Shown piece after piece: positions 11,363-23,060 of a stretch of DNA of 40,326 nucleotides. The notes under the pieces were generated by a model, which was not told the origin of the DNA, made no database searches, and saw only the letters and a list, made by a program, of their open reading frames with translations. Each line of letters starts with the position of its first letter. Position 1 is the first letter of the stretch. Position numbers and translations under genes: made by a program. This DNA comes from Chiloscyllium plagiosum (Eukaryota): assembly GCF_004010195.1 (NCBI RefSeq), contig NC_057718.1, positions 40,316,101 through 40,356,426 on the forward strand, in the 5' to 3' direction.

Positions 11363-12655
11363 TAAAAAGCAAGCATATATTCCTTACTTCTTTACATTGT
11401 ACACTTTCATAGTGATTGTGATTAAACTAAAAACAGTGAGAAACTTATTAAGTATCAGTATATTTGAATCTGGCACTTCTCATTCTCCCATGGAAGGCAG
11501 TTTTCTAATATTATTGCTGCAATCTGTTTCTTTAATTCTAGAATTAATTCTGAATTGAACTTCATTTCTAACTGGATATTTTATAAAGTTCTTCCAGGAA
11601 TAACTATTGCCCAGAATCATGGTGTTACTATGCAAAGAATCTAGAATGGTGGATTTTATAATTTTGAATGTGAATTATGTATCTTTTTGTGTGCACGTAT
11701 GATCACTTCCCTACTCTAGTAAATATTGTTCCAGAAAATCGATGATTCAACTCTCTTTGTTTGAGTTATGATGAAATTGAGATTTATACAATTGTATTTT
11801 AATATCATTTATCTGATGTTTTGATCCTTGGAAATTGAAGTTAAACACATGGGTTTGTCTCTGTTTTAATAGTTAATACTCATAATTGGAACTCCACAGA
11901 GGGTTTAGGGGAGAACTTTCCAGACTGGCTTTCATTTTCAGTCCACATTGGGAAGTCATTTGAGAGAGAAGTATGTATCAAGTTCCAAAATGTTGAGAAG
12001 TCTTTTGGTGATGTAACATGTGCCAAGCTGTGTTCCTAAGAAAAGCTTATTTTAAGAATGTTTTTACTTTAAAAAGTTATTAATCCTTGACTGGAGTGTT
12101 AGGATAGAGTCAGTGGAAAAGAAGTGAAGATTTTGATTTTTTTTTAAATGAAGCTGCAGTCCTTCCACGGCTGGCAGCAAGCTGAGTTAGGAGCTTAATA
12201 AGAGTTGGCTACAGTTCGAGAAGGTGAATAGAAATTTCAGTGACTTCAAGGTGATTGATCTATGAAAAAAGGGAGTTTCCCCCCCCCCACCACCCAAAAA
12301 AAGTATTAGTCATTTATGCTATGTGTCTAAAAATCTTTATCTATGTTATGACAAAATGCTTTTTCTTTATTTTAATTTCTATTGTTAATAAACTTCTGTG
12401 AACACCAAGTACACAATGTTGTTTTTAGTAAAAGATCACTTCAGTAACAAAATTTTTTAAAAAATTAATCCGTTCAGCCAGTTTCCTGCAGGGGTCTGAT
12501 GTATCTGGTAATATTAACTGGGCATTACACCATAACAGTTGGGGCCACTAGATCATCAAAATTGAGTGACTTACTGTTGGTTTTTTTGGGGTCGCATCAA
12601 ATCTTAAGATTTTTTTTGTTGTTGTTTAACACTGGGAATAGCTTGGATGATTTAA

Positions 12656-12796
<141 letters not shown>

Positions 12797-13657
12797 TAAG
12801 TAATTCTGATCATCATCAGAGGAGAATATTTGACTGAAGGAATAACGAAAGCTTTCCAGCTTAGATTTTCTGAACCTGGATACATGACTGAGATGCACAT
12901 TGGGACCTTGCAGAAGCTAGACACGTTGATCTATGTGGGAATTGCCGGGCAAGTTTGAACTTTTAATGGGCAATTCTCTTCCCCATGACCATGCAAGAAT
13001 GGCTCTCACTCTGAACTAGCGTCAGACTTTGAACAGTTCTAATGTGTTGAATGAGTTCCAATGAGTTGAATAGTTATCCAAAAAATGTTGGGAAGCAAAA
13101 TCTTCATCTGATTCTTTATATCAGTAACTCTCATCTATCTCCCCATGACTACAACCCCTGCAGCCTTATGAATCAACTCCCTCACCCACCTGCTCCCCTG
13201 TACCTCCTGCCACCCCAGGCTCCGGAAAACCTGATTACACATCCCTGGTCACTCCAACCATTCACGGAAGTTCATACAGGATGTTTAAACTTTGCTTGTG
13301 CCTGTATAAAAGCAGGTGTGGCTTCTTTGGTGCTCTGTCTGAATTCTTCACTGAGGAAGTTCTTCTGACTGCTATCCTGGAAAACGAAACTCATTTGATC
13401 GATCCAGCAAAGTGCACTGTTTCCTGATTGATTAGAGTCAGGTGGATTTGTTTCATTGCTAATTGGAATTTGTGTATCATTTACCATGTAGCTAATGTTA
13501 ATTCAGGCTAAACATAGTAAAAGAAAAGTTTTTAATCAAATTTTTCAATGATAAAACTAAATAAAAGCAAAATACTGCAAACGCTGGGGATCTGAAATTA
13601 AAGCGGAACTGCTGGAGAAACTCTGGTCTGACACTATCCCAGTAGAAAGAAAACAGG

Positions 13658-14330
13658 GTCATAGATTTATATAGCATGGAAACAGATCCTTCGAATCAAT
13701 TGTCCATGTTGATCAGGTATTCTAGACTGAACTAGTCCCATTTGCCTGCATTTGGCCCATATTCTTCTAACTTTTCCTATCCATGTCTTTTTAGGTGTTC
13801 TAATGGTACTTGCTTCCACCACAACTTCTGACAGCTCATTCCATTTACGCATCACCCTGGCGTTTTTTAAAAAAAGTTGCCCCTTGGGTCACTTTTTAAA
13901 ATCTTTCCTCTCTTACCTTAAATCTATGCTCTCTACTTTTGAACTTGCCTACCCTGAGGAAAAGACCTTGGCTATTCACTTTATCTCTGCCCTTATGATT
14001 TGAGAAATCTCTATAAGGTCACAACTCAGCCTCCAGTGCTCCAGAGATAAAGGTCACAGCCTATCCAGCCTATCCTTATGCCTCAAACCCACCAGTCTCG
14101 ATAATATCCTTAAATCTTTATTTGCGCCCTTTCCAGTTTAATAGCCCTGTTATAGAAAGGTTGTTACCAGAATTGTATGCAGTATTTTAAATATGGCATT
14201 ACCAATGTTTTGTACAGCTGTAAAATGATATCCCAACTCCTGCATTCAGTGCTCTGACTAATGAAGGTAAGTGTGCCACGTGCCACCATCACTACCTTGT
14301 CTGCCCTTGATGCCACTTTCAAGAAACTAG
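13658..14330 (-). mobile_element. CR1 LINE 3' portion, inserted in a palindromic Penelope-derived repeat (approx. 13562-13657 and 14365-14422)
   Basis: ORF RKWNELSEVVVEASTI; same subfamily as 5067; flanks TGCTGGAGAAACTC..CTGGTCTGACA and TGCCAGAGCTGATGAGTTTCTTCAGCA are complementary. Confidence 0.7.
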
Positions 14331-14753
14331 AATCCAAAATGAATCCTCTTCTTTCTTTAGCTTTTGTTTTTCTTTGCGAATGCTGCCAGAGCTGATGAGT
14401 TTCTTCAGCATTCTGTGTTCATTAATGATAAAATTAAACTTGTATCAACAGTAAGGGCTAATGGTATTTGTTGCATTTTTTTTCTTGTTAAGGTCTACCA
14501 CATTTTTCACGTGAAAGCGATTTAAACTGTCTAGAATATGGCAGATTATTCAATTAAGTATTGATCGACTGTATTAACAAACGTTGAACCATTTAAATGA
14601 AGCACTGCCTTGATTTCCATATTCGGGACCAGATCAGTGTTACAAAATGAGGATTTCATGTTTGAAGAAGCTGTATGTAATTAGGTTTTTTAAGCTAAGT
14701 CTTTGGCTCAAATTTATTTAATACCAACGCCATACCCTCCTGTCTTGATTTAG

Positions 14754-14868
14754 TCCATATAGTTGCAAAGAGTCTCCTTGTGTTTTAATCTACATCCCTG
14801 ATGGTCATACCAAGGAAATGCCAACATCTGGTTCCAAGGAGAAGAGTAAACATGATGCAGTTAATGTG
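14754..14868 (+). CDS. EPRS1: EPRS1 exon (end of GluRS domain)
   Basis: ttag|T CCA TAT...AAT GTG|gtaagg; [38 protein letters not shown]; 115 nt. Confidence 0.93.
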
Positions 14869-15114
14869 GTAAGGATAGCTTTTAAATATAATTGAGCGTT
14901 TGTAAACAGTAAAGTTTATTTCTAAACCTGACTGGAATTTCATGAAGGGCTAACTGCCTCACTTTGATCATATTTGGAAGAAAATTATCTATTCATTTAA
15001 AGTTTATCTTAAAAGTTTTTTGTGATTGACTTGACAAAGGTTGTTGTTCACTGTTGCAGGGAGAGGTACAAGGAACTGATTTCAGAAACAAAGGATGAAG
15101 ATCTCAATTTACGC

Positions 15115-15452
15115 ATATAAAAACATAAGAACTAGGAGCACGAGTAGGCCATCTGGCCCTTCGAGCCTGCTCCCCCATTCAATAATATCATGGCTGATGT
15201 TTTCATGGACTCAGCTCCATTTATCCATGCTCTCACCGTATCCCTTAATTCTTAGCTTTAAAAATATTTACGAAAGTAGCATCAACTACTTCACCACTGG
15301 GCAAGGAATTCCATAGATTTATAATCTTCTGGGTGAATAAGTTTCTTCTCGATTCTGTCCTAAATCTGCTCCCTCTAATTTTGACACTCTGCCCTCTTGT
15401 CCTCGTTTCACCTGCCGATGGAAACATCCTCTTTACTTCTATCTTATCTATA
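15115..15452 (-). mobile_element. CR1 LINE 3' end
   Basis: CATAAGAA-type tail; ORF GETRTRGQSVKIRGSRFRTESRRNLFTQKIINLWNSLP. Confidence 0.85.
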
Positions 15453-15885
15453 AGGAACCAAATCTGTCAGGACTTTTAAGTCTTCACAAAACCTGATTTT
15501 TTTTTTTCTTTAATCATGATTGGTAATCTCATTATATAGAAAGATATAGGACAAAAACTGTTTAAATCCCAATTGTGGGTTCATTAGTGTTGTATTTCAT
15601 TTTCTTCTTTTAGACTGTCTTCTGCATGTGTGACATATAATAGACTGAAAAGATATGTTTCTGCTAGTTTAGCCAATTGAATTGCAGACAGTAAAAAGGC
15701 ATTGAGACTTTTTCCTAATTAACACGTTAGTCATGGGGTAGAATTGACTTAAAACAAATTAGCACATATAAAGATTCTAAGTTTTCTGTTGCTTGTTAAC
15801 ACGTGATTGCATACAATGTATAGTTTAACAAAGTAACTTAACAATATATTGTAGATTAACTAACTTTTCCAAAATGTTCTTTTAG

Positions 15886-16254
15886 ATTAAAGCTGACACT
15901 GCATCATCCACTACTGTATCATCTCATGTTGACTCCACTGCCTCAAAATGTGATACTCTCGACCTTACTGCACTTTACAACAAAGTAGCTCAACAAGGTG
16001 AAGTTGTACGTGAATTAAAGGCAAAGAAAGCATCCAAGGAAGAGGTGGATGCAGCGGTAAAAGTACTTTTGAGCTTGAAGGCAGAATATAAACAGCAGAG
16101 TGGTACTGAATACAAGCCTGGAAAGCCACCTGCAGCTACTGCTAATCCTGTCTCTGCACCAAAGACCTCCGATTCAACTATTAGGATTCTGTATGACAAG
16201 GTTTATCAACAAGGAGAGGTAGTTCGAAAGCTCAAAGTAGATAAAGCCCCACAG
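15886..16254 (+). CDS. EPRS1: EPRS1 exon (WHEP repeat 1 and first helix of WHEP 2)
   Basis: tttag|ATT AAA...CCA CAG|gtattt; [49 protein letters not shown]...[22 protein letters not shown]; 369 nt, phase 0-0. Confidence 0.93.
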
Positions 16255-16803
16255 GTATTTTACTCTGTCAGTTTTAAAGCCTTTAAGATAATACTATTTA
16301 TGTATTTTCCTTCAGCTAGTTATAACCTGTGAATAAATGCTTTGTGTAAAATTTTCTTTGAAGGAAGGAACCTAATTGTTGTGATTTGGGGAAAAAATAC
16401 TGAATTACAATTCCATGTGCCATTTGAAGGGTTATTTGAAAGCAGTTGTCCACTTGACCTTGGGTTTATGTCTCTGGAATTCTATTTGTTCTATCATGGA
16501 GTGTGACTATTGCACACAATGCCAGCATTTGTTGTCCATTGCTAAGGGAGTTCCTGGTGAAATTTGCATGTAAGTGGGGATCAGAAATATGTTGTCTTTC
16601 AGCCTGGGGTTCCCCCCCCTCTCTGACCCTGCTTTGTGGATAGGGTTTTGAAAACGTGGAGAAGGTATCAGTGGTGTTTGTCTACTTCAAGAATCATTTG
16701 CATCTTGTATTTCATTGTAGTTACAAAGAGATATTCATAGAGTTTCAGAAACAGTATATCTTAATTTTGCTTACTATTTTAATTATCTTTCTTTCTTTTG
16801 TAG

Positions 16804-17034
16804 GTTAAAGTGGATGAGGCAGTAAAATCACTCCTAGCCTTAAAAATGGAATATAAACAGAAGACTGGTGAAGAGTACAAACCAGGGAAGCCACCTGGTG
16901 TACCAGTTGCAGCAGAAAGTCCAACCGTTATCTCCACTGCAGGAGCAAAAGGACTTGATGAGAAAACACTACACAGCAAAGTTGCAGAACAAGGAGATAT
17001 TGTGCGCAAACTTAAAGCAGAGAAAGTTGCTAAG
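16804..17034 (+). CDS. EPRS1: EPRS1 exon (second half of WHEP 2, first helix of WHEP 3)
   Basis: tgtag|GTT AAA GTG GAT...GCT AAG|gtaata; [31 protein letters not shown]...LHSKVAEQGDIVRKLKAEKVAK; 231 nt, phase 0-0. Confidence 0.95.
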
Positions 17035-17647
17035 GTAATAGCTCAAAATTCTTTTGAAGTGGTGCACCAACAAGTTGCTTATGCTTTTCAATAAAGGATG
17101 AAAAAATTAGCCACATTATTTCATATCAGATTTTCATACAAATGTGCACCCACCCTTTCTGAAATAGGAGTGAACATGTTTTATGTAGAAAGTTATGAAG
17201 GTAGTGGGGTTTATAAGAAAAACAAAAACATTTTAACAATTACATTGAAATTTGGATGCAAAATTCCATTAGAATTCTGAACCTGTATTATGTTGCTGAG
17301 AAATATTTCTTCATCCAAGTGCTTGGTAACCTGGTTCCTCGTGAGCTGTTTTCAGCATTTAATGTTCTGAGAAGACACATGACCAATCTCTGTCAGAACG
17401 ACTGTGTTGAAATACACTTCTTGGATTAAGTCAGAGGGACCTGTACCTTGTATCGAACAGGCGATCCGACATCGAAAAGTCTCTTATTCCCAGTCTAAAC
17501 AAATGTAAGATTAAATGCTCCAATTTTGGATGCCTATGAAATATTGTGCATTTTATCTTCATGCATTGGGAAATTGGTTAACTTCCTTATTAAACATTCC
17601 GTTTTTTTTTTACACTGCTAACCTCATTCTCTAATTAACTTTTTAAG

Positions 17648-17898
17648 GCAGTGATAGATGCTGCTGTGGCTGTGCTCCTGGATCTGAAGAGCCAATATAA
17701 AACTTTAACAGGAGTGGAGTATAAACCAGCTGCAGGTACTGATGATAGGAATAAAAACAGAAAAGAGAAACAAAACGAATCTGAGAAACAGAATAAGTCT
17801 GACAAATCAGAGGAACACAAAAAAGATACAGCAAAAGAACAGGAGGGATCAAGCAATGGAGGTGCAGGTGAAGGCCCAGGACCCAAGAAACAAACAAG
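17648..17898 (+). CDS. EPRS1: EPRS1 exon (second half of WHEP 3 and charged linker)
   Basis: ttttaag|GCA GTG ATA...ACA AG|gtgagt; [27 protein letters not shown]...[12 protein letters not shown]; 251 nt, ends in phase 2. Confidence 0.93.
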
Positions 17899-17961
17899 GT
17901 GAGTATGCACAAAGACAAATTCAGCAATGTTGTGCCTCTGAGCTCAAAATGTAGAAAATGA

Positions 17962-18311
17962 GGATGGCATGGTAGCACAGTGGTTAGCACTACTGCCTCA
18001 CAGTGCAAGGGACCTGGGTTCAATTCCACCCTCTGGAGACTGTGCAAACTCCACAGAAACATTCTCCCCATGTCTGTGGGTTTCCTTCTGGTGCCCCAGT
18101 TTCTTCCCACAGTCCTAAAATGGGCAGGTTAGGTGGATAGGCAGTGCACAATTGCCCATAGTGGCCAGGGTCCATCATATCTTAGGTGGATTATCCATGG
18201 AGTGCGCAGGATTGCAGGGTTAAAGTAGAGAGAAGAGTCTGGGTGGGTTGCTCTTTGGAGAGTTGGTGTGAACTGGTTGAAGAATAGTTTCCCAACTCCA
18301 GGGATTCTATG
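17962..18311 (+). mobile_element. HE1-type V-SINE, diverged
   Basis: GGTAGCACAGTGGTTAGCAC..GGTTCAATTCC head, V-domain, GGGATTCTATGA tail. Confidence 0.8.
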
Positions 18312-18705
18312 AAAATAGGAGCAGGTGTACTCCATTTGGCCCTTCAAGCCTTCTCCATTTTGCCAGTGAAGAGTTTGAGCGCTGTAGTCAGAATTCTCTC
18401 AATTCGTTGTGTTGTATCAGACCCCAGTTAAAGTTCATGAATTTATGATGTCCCTAGAAGGAACACCTCAAACAGTTAAGCTCTCAGGTGAGAAGGATGA
18501 GCTGGTTCCTCCTCTTTATTTACCACTCTGTCCATTGGTTGCAACGTGGTTAACTTCAAATGGATCCCTATACTTGTGGAAACCTTTCTCCCAGACCAAA
18601 ATAAGTTTTGCATTAAAAAGCAATTAGTTTAGCCAGGCTTTCTTGAAATAATAATTAATTTGTTAATCACTACATGTGTGATTACAGCAGATGCCTGATT
18701 ACAGC

Positions 18706-20415
18706 AGATTGGGCCCTTGAAGACAGAAACAGGGGAATATATTACGGGGAACAAAGAAATGGCAGAAGAATTGAATTGGTACTTCAGATCTGTGTTCACT
18801 GGGGAAGACACAAGCAATCTCCCTGAGGTAACAGTGGCTGAAGGACCTGAACTGAAGGGAATTTATATTTGCCAAGAATTGGTGTTGGAGAGACTGTTAG
18901 GTCTGAAGGCTGATAAGTCCCCAGGGCCTGATGGTCTACATCCCAGGGTACTGAAGGAAGTGGCTCGAGAAATCGTGGATGCGTTGGTGATTATTTTAGA
19001 GAGTTCAATATATTCGGAAACAGTTCCTGTGGATTGAAGGGTGGCTAATGTTGTACCACTTTTTAAGAAAGATGGGAGAGAGAAAGCAGGAAATTATAGA
19101 CAAGTTAGTCTGACCTCAGTGGTGGGAAAGATGCTGGAGTATATTATAAAGGATGAAATTACGACACATCTGGATAGTAGTAACAGGATAGGTCAGAGTC
19201 AGCATGGATTTATGAAGGGGAAATCATGCTTGACTAATCTTCTGGAATTATTTGAGGATGTAACTCTGAAGATGGACAAGGGAGATCCAGTAAATGTAAT
19301 GTACCTGGACTTTCCAGAAAGCTTTTGATAAAGTCCCACACAGGAGGTTAGTGAGTAAAATTAGGGCGCATGGTATTGGGGGCAAAGTACTAACATGGAT
19401 TGAAAGTTGGTTGGCTGACAGGAAACAAAGAATAGTGATAAACNNNNNNNNNNNNNNNNNNNNNNNNNNNNNNNNNNNNNNNNNNNNNNNNNNNNNNNNN
19501 NNNNNNNNNNNNNNNNNNNNNNNNNNNNNNNNNNNNNNNNNNNNNNNNNNNNNNNNNNNNNNNNNNNNNNNNNNNNNNNNNNNNNNNNNNNNNNNNNNNN
19601 NNNNNNNNNNNNNNNNNNNNNNNNNNNNNNNNNNNNNNNNNNNNNNNNNNNNNNNNNNNNNNNNNNNNNNNNNNNNNNNNNNNNNNNNNNNNNNNNNNNN
19701 NNNNNNNNNNNNNNNNNNNNNNNNNNNNNNNNNNNNNNNNNNNNNNNNNNNNNNNNNNNNNNNNNNNNNNNNNNNNNNNNNNNNNNNNNNNNNNNNNNNN
19801 NNNNNNNNNNNNNNNNNNNNNNNNNNNNNNNNNNNNNNNNNNNNNNNNNNNNNNNNNNNNNNNNNNNNNNNNNNNNNNNNNNNNNNNNNNNNNNNNNNNN
19901 NNNNNNNNNNNNNNNNNNNNNNNNNNNNNNNNNNNNNNNNNNNNNNNNNNNNNNNNNNNNNNNNNNNNNNNNNNNNNNNNNNNNNNNTACCCTTGAGTTT
20001 AGAAGACTGAGGGGGGATCTGATTGAGACATATAAGATTATTAAAGAATTGGACACTCTGTAGTCAGGAAACATGTTGAGTGCTGAACCAGAGGACACAG
20101 CTTAAAAATACGGGGTAGACCATTTAGGACAGAGATGAGGAGAAACTTCTTCACCCAGAGAGTGGTGGCTGTGTGGAATGCTCTGCCTCAGAGGACAGTG
20201 GAGGCCCAATCTCTGGATTCATTTAAGAAAGAGTTGGATAGAGCTCTCAAGGATTGTGGAATCAAGGGTTATGGAGATAAGGCAGGAACAGGATACTGAT
20301 TTAAGGATGATCATAATCATGATTTGAAGCCATGAGTAAGCCATGATCATAATGAATGGTGGTGCAGGCTCGAAAGGCAGAATGGCCTACTCCTGAACCT
20401 ATTGTCTATTGTCTA
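18706..20415 (+). mobile_element. 5'-truncated CR1 LINE (ORF2 RT to 3' tail) spanning the assembly gap
   Basis: ORFs KSPGPDGLHPRVLKE, ANVVPLFKK..NYRQVSLTSVVGK..QHGFMKGKSCLTNL; ends in (ATTGTCT)2. Confidence 0.92.
19444..19987. other. Assembly gap (544 N)
   Basis: Run of N inside the CR1 element. Confidence 1.
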
Positions 20416-21390
20416 CAGCTGATGCACAGATTAAAAGTGAGTCCAAAAGGTAAAGGTTTTGAGAAACAAAAGATAAACGGATCAGCCTCTGAACTGTTCA
20501 TGATGAATGGAAAATTGACCATTGTGGCCATTGCAGTGGAATTCCTCCAGTGTTGACTTTTATAGTTGAACAGTCAGTTTTATGATCTTTAGTTTTGCAG
20601 AATAGTCAAGATTCTGTGGTTCTAATTTTTAATAGTGATTAAATTCCAACATTCGGGGTGAGAGTGTGTCCTTCTGTCTGCTTTCCTTTTGTCTGGTTGC
20701 CAGCTAGGCTTCCAACACTTTCAAGTTGAATGACATCTTTACCTGCACCATAGGAATGACCAGAGGAATGTTTTTGGACTGTGATCGCAGCAGTACACTA
20801 ATACTTGAACCTATACTTTGTCTGTGAATAAGTGGTGGCCAAAGGGCTTTTGTGTCCCTACCTCTGAACCCGAAGTTCCAGTTCCCCCACATCCAGAAGT
20901 GTAAAATAATATCTCAGATTAGAAAATATCTAGGTGGTGATCCAGAAATTAGTTTGAGCAATGTAATTGCCCCTTTTCTTCACATAGCTGTAGCCAAATC
21001 AGTTATGTCCTTGAATGCTTTGAAGCACCTTCTTTGCTTTGTGTTGCAGTGTTTTTCTTTACCAAAAAAAACCATGCCTCCTGCTTTCTGTCCCTTTCTA
21101 TCTTTTCTGAACACCTCGTAACCAGGAATACTTAACACTCTGATCTGCATTTCCTAATCAGGTCTCATTATTATCACAATATCACAATTACACAAGGTAA
21201 CTGCCCAATCTTATTAACTATAATCCGTAAATTCCCTTATTAATTATTAGTGACTTAGACTTCATTGCTTTCTCCCTTCAACTCCACCTTTTTAACTTTT
21301 TTCTTCCTTCATGTTATCTGCTTCTGCCAGCATTTCATGAATTCTGGTATCACTTGCTAATATTCTGTTTTGGCTCTCACACCCCTGTTT

Positions 21391-21700
21391 AGAATCATAG
21401 AATCCCTACAGCTTGGAAGCAGGCCATTTGGCCCAACAAGTCCACGCTGATCCTCTAAAGAGGCCACCCCACCTCCACACCCAACCCAACCCAACCCAAT
21501 CCCTGTCACCCTAAATTTCCCATGTCAAATTCATCTAGCCTGTGGGCAATTTAGCATGGCAAATCCACCTAACTTGCACATTTTGGACTGTGGGAGGAAA
21601 CCCACACAGACACTGGAAGAACATGCAAGCTCCACAGAGATAGTTTACCCAGGGTGGAAGTGGGCCCAGGTGGTCTGGAGTTATGAGGCAGCAGTGTACC
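21391..21700 (-). mobile_element. HE1-type V-SINE, diverged
   Basis: AGAATCATAGAATCCCTACAG tail, GGCAATTTAGCATGGC..TTGGACTGTGGGAGGAAACC..GAGGCAGCAGTG. Confidence 0.8.
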
Positions 21701-22270
21701 AGAAAAGAGCCTGGAAGGAACAGAGTCCCAACTCTGTTCACATACAGTCCATTAGACTTGTATAGGTGCCATCTTCCCCAGAGCCAGACCCATTGTCTCA
21801 TCAATCTGAAGTCTTCTGTACCATCCTTCCAGCCATTTGTGTTATCTTCCTACTTTTGTACTTACTTGCACGTAGCATTTGAGAATAATCCAGAGATTAT
21901 TACTTTAGCAGTTCTGCCAATTTTCTATCTAACTCCTATAAGTTGTGATTGTAGCACCATTTTCCTACTGGTGATATTAGCACCAATGTGGACTGAGACC
22001 TCTGGCTGTTGGCACCCCCTGCCCGCAAAAATGTCCTGTAACCTTTCGTGACATCTTTAATTCTAGCTCCACCAAGGCAACAATTCAACCTGGAGTCACA
22101 ATGATGGGTGCAGATATGCCTGTCTATTCCTCTAATAAGTCAGATATGTTTATTACTTTCAGTTTCACTGCTCTTCTGAGACTATAAACACAAAATATAA
22201 AGTGTAGAGTTGGTTCAGTTATTAAGTATACGTTTTTATGTATTAATTCAAAATGATATGGTCTTTGTAG

Positions 22271-22322
22271 ATTGGGCATTGAAGCAAGAAAAGAAGAGAA
22301 TCTAGCAGACTGGTATTCACAA
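22271..22322 (+). CDS. EPRS1: EPRS1 exon (start of ProRS domain)
   Basis: tgtag|A TTG GGC...TCA CAA|gtaagt; (R)LGIEARKEENLADWYSQ; 52 nt. Confidence 0.93.
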
Positions 22323-22464
22323 GTAAGTGTTTTCTAAAAATGCCTTCTTAAATAATTTGTATTTGAATTATTGCAGTAAAACATATTTATTTCCATTTAG
22401 CTATGATTTGGCATGTTTGTAGCACTCTTGTCCCTTTACATCTATGCTTACGTGCCTAGGAATG

Positions 22465-23060
22465 TAACCACCCTCATTTCTCTGTTCTGTTACTGACACT
22501 AACCTGCAGCTCTCTGAACTGATCGTGTTTCTGTCTGGTCCTAACACCAGTATCATCATCAAACCTGTTAATAAGGATAATGCTGTTGCCTGGTAGCCAA
22601 ATGCTGGCAAATGGGTCTAGTTTAATTTCGGACATCAGGTTGGCATGGATGAATTGGACCAAAGGGTCTGTTTCTGTGATGTACTGGCATCTACTTAGTA
22701 CAGGCCAAGTGTCAGCTCTGTGATATATCCTCCTACTTGAATGTGACCCCTTCGCCAAATGTCACAGCTATCATGTCCAAAACCATTGACCTCATCTCCT
22801 CTGTTGCGGCCTTCAACCTTACAGTGCCCCAATCCTGAAAAATCCCTTCAGCCTCCAAGATCCATAACCAAGACTGTCTTGGTAGGCACATTGTTTGTTT
22901 CAGTCTGTTCCTGCCTTTCCTCCACTGCCCCCTCCCAAACTCATTTCTTTCACAAGTCAACTTGTTTTTCTCCCCTTGTCTAGTCTTTTCCCACCTACAT
23001 CTATGACATTTGACTTCAACCATTACCGGTTTCCTGAGTCTAACTATTTCCATTGTGCAG
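22465..23060 (+). mobile_element. Degraded Penelope-like retroelement RT fragment, interrupted by a CR1 3' piece (about 22597-22685)
   Basis: Translates to IIIKPVNKDNAVAW (cf. IKPADKGGAVV) and SKIHNQDCLGRHIV (cf. PKIHK..PGRPIVS), both PLE RT motifs. Confidence 0.7.

Noticed and set aside
11885..12550. Possible solo LTR ending in CATAACA followed by a TTGGGG PBS-like motif
   Set aside because: No second LTR, TSD or clear 5' boundary found; too weak to call
15851..15885. Alternative upstream acceptor (duplicated TAGATTAA)
   Set aside because: Would add 31 nt and shift the frame; it lies upstream of the likely branch point ACTAAC
19351..20098. Long ORFs of 219 and 245 aa
   Set aside because: Artefacts of the N gap within a CR1
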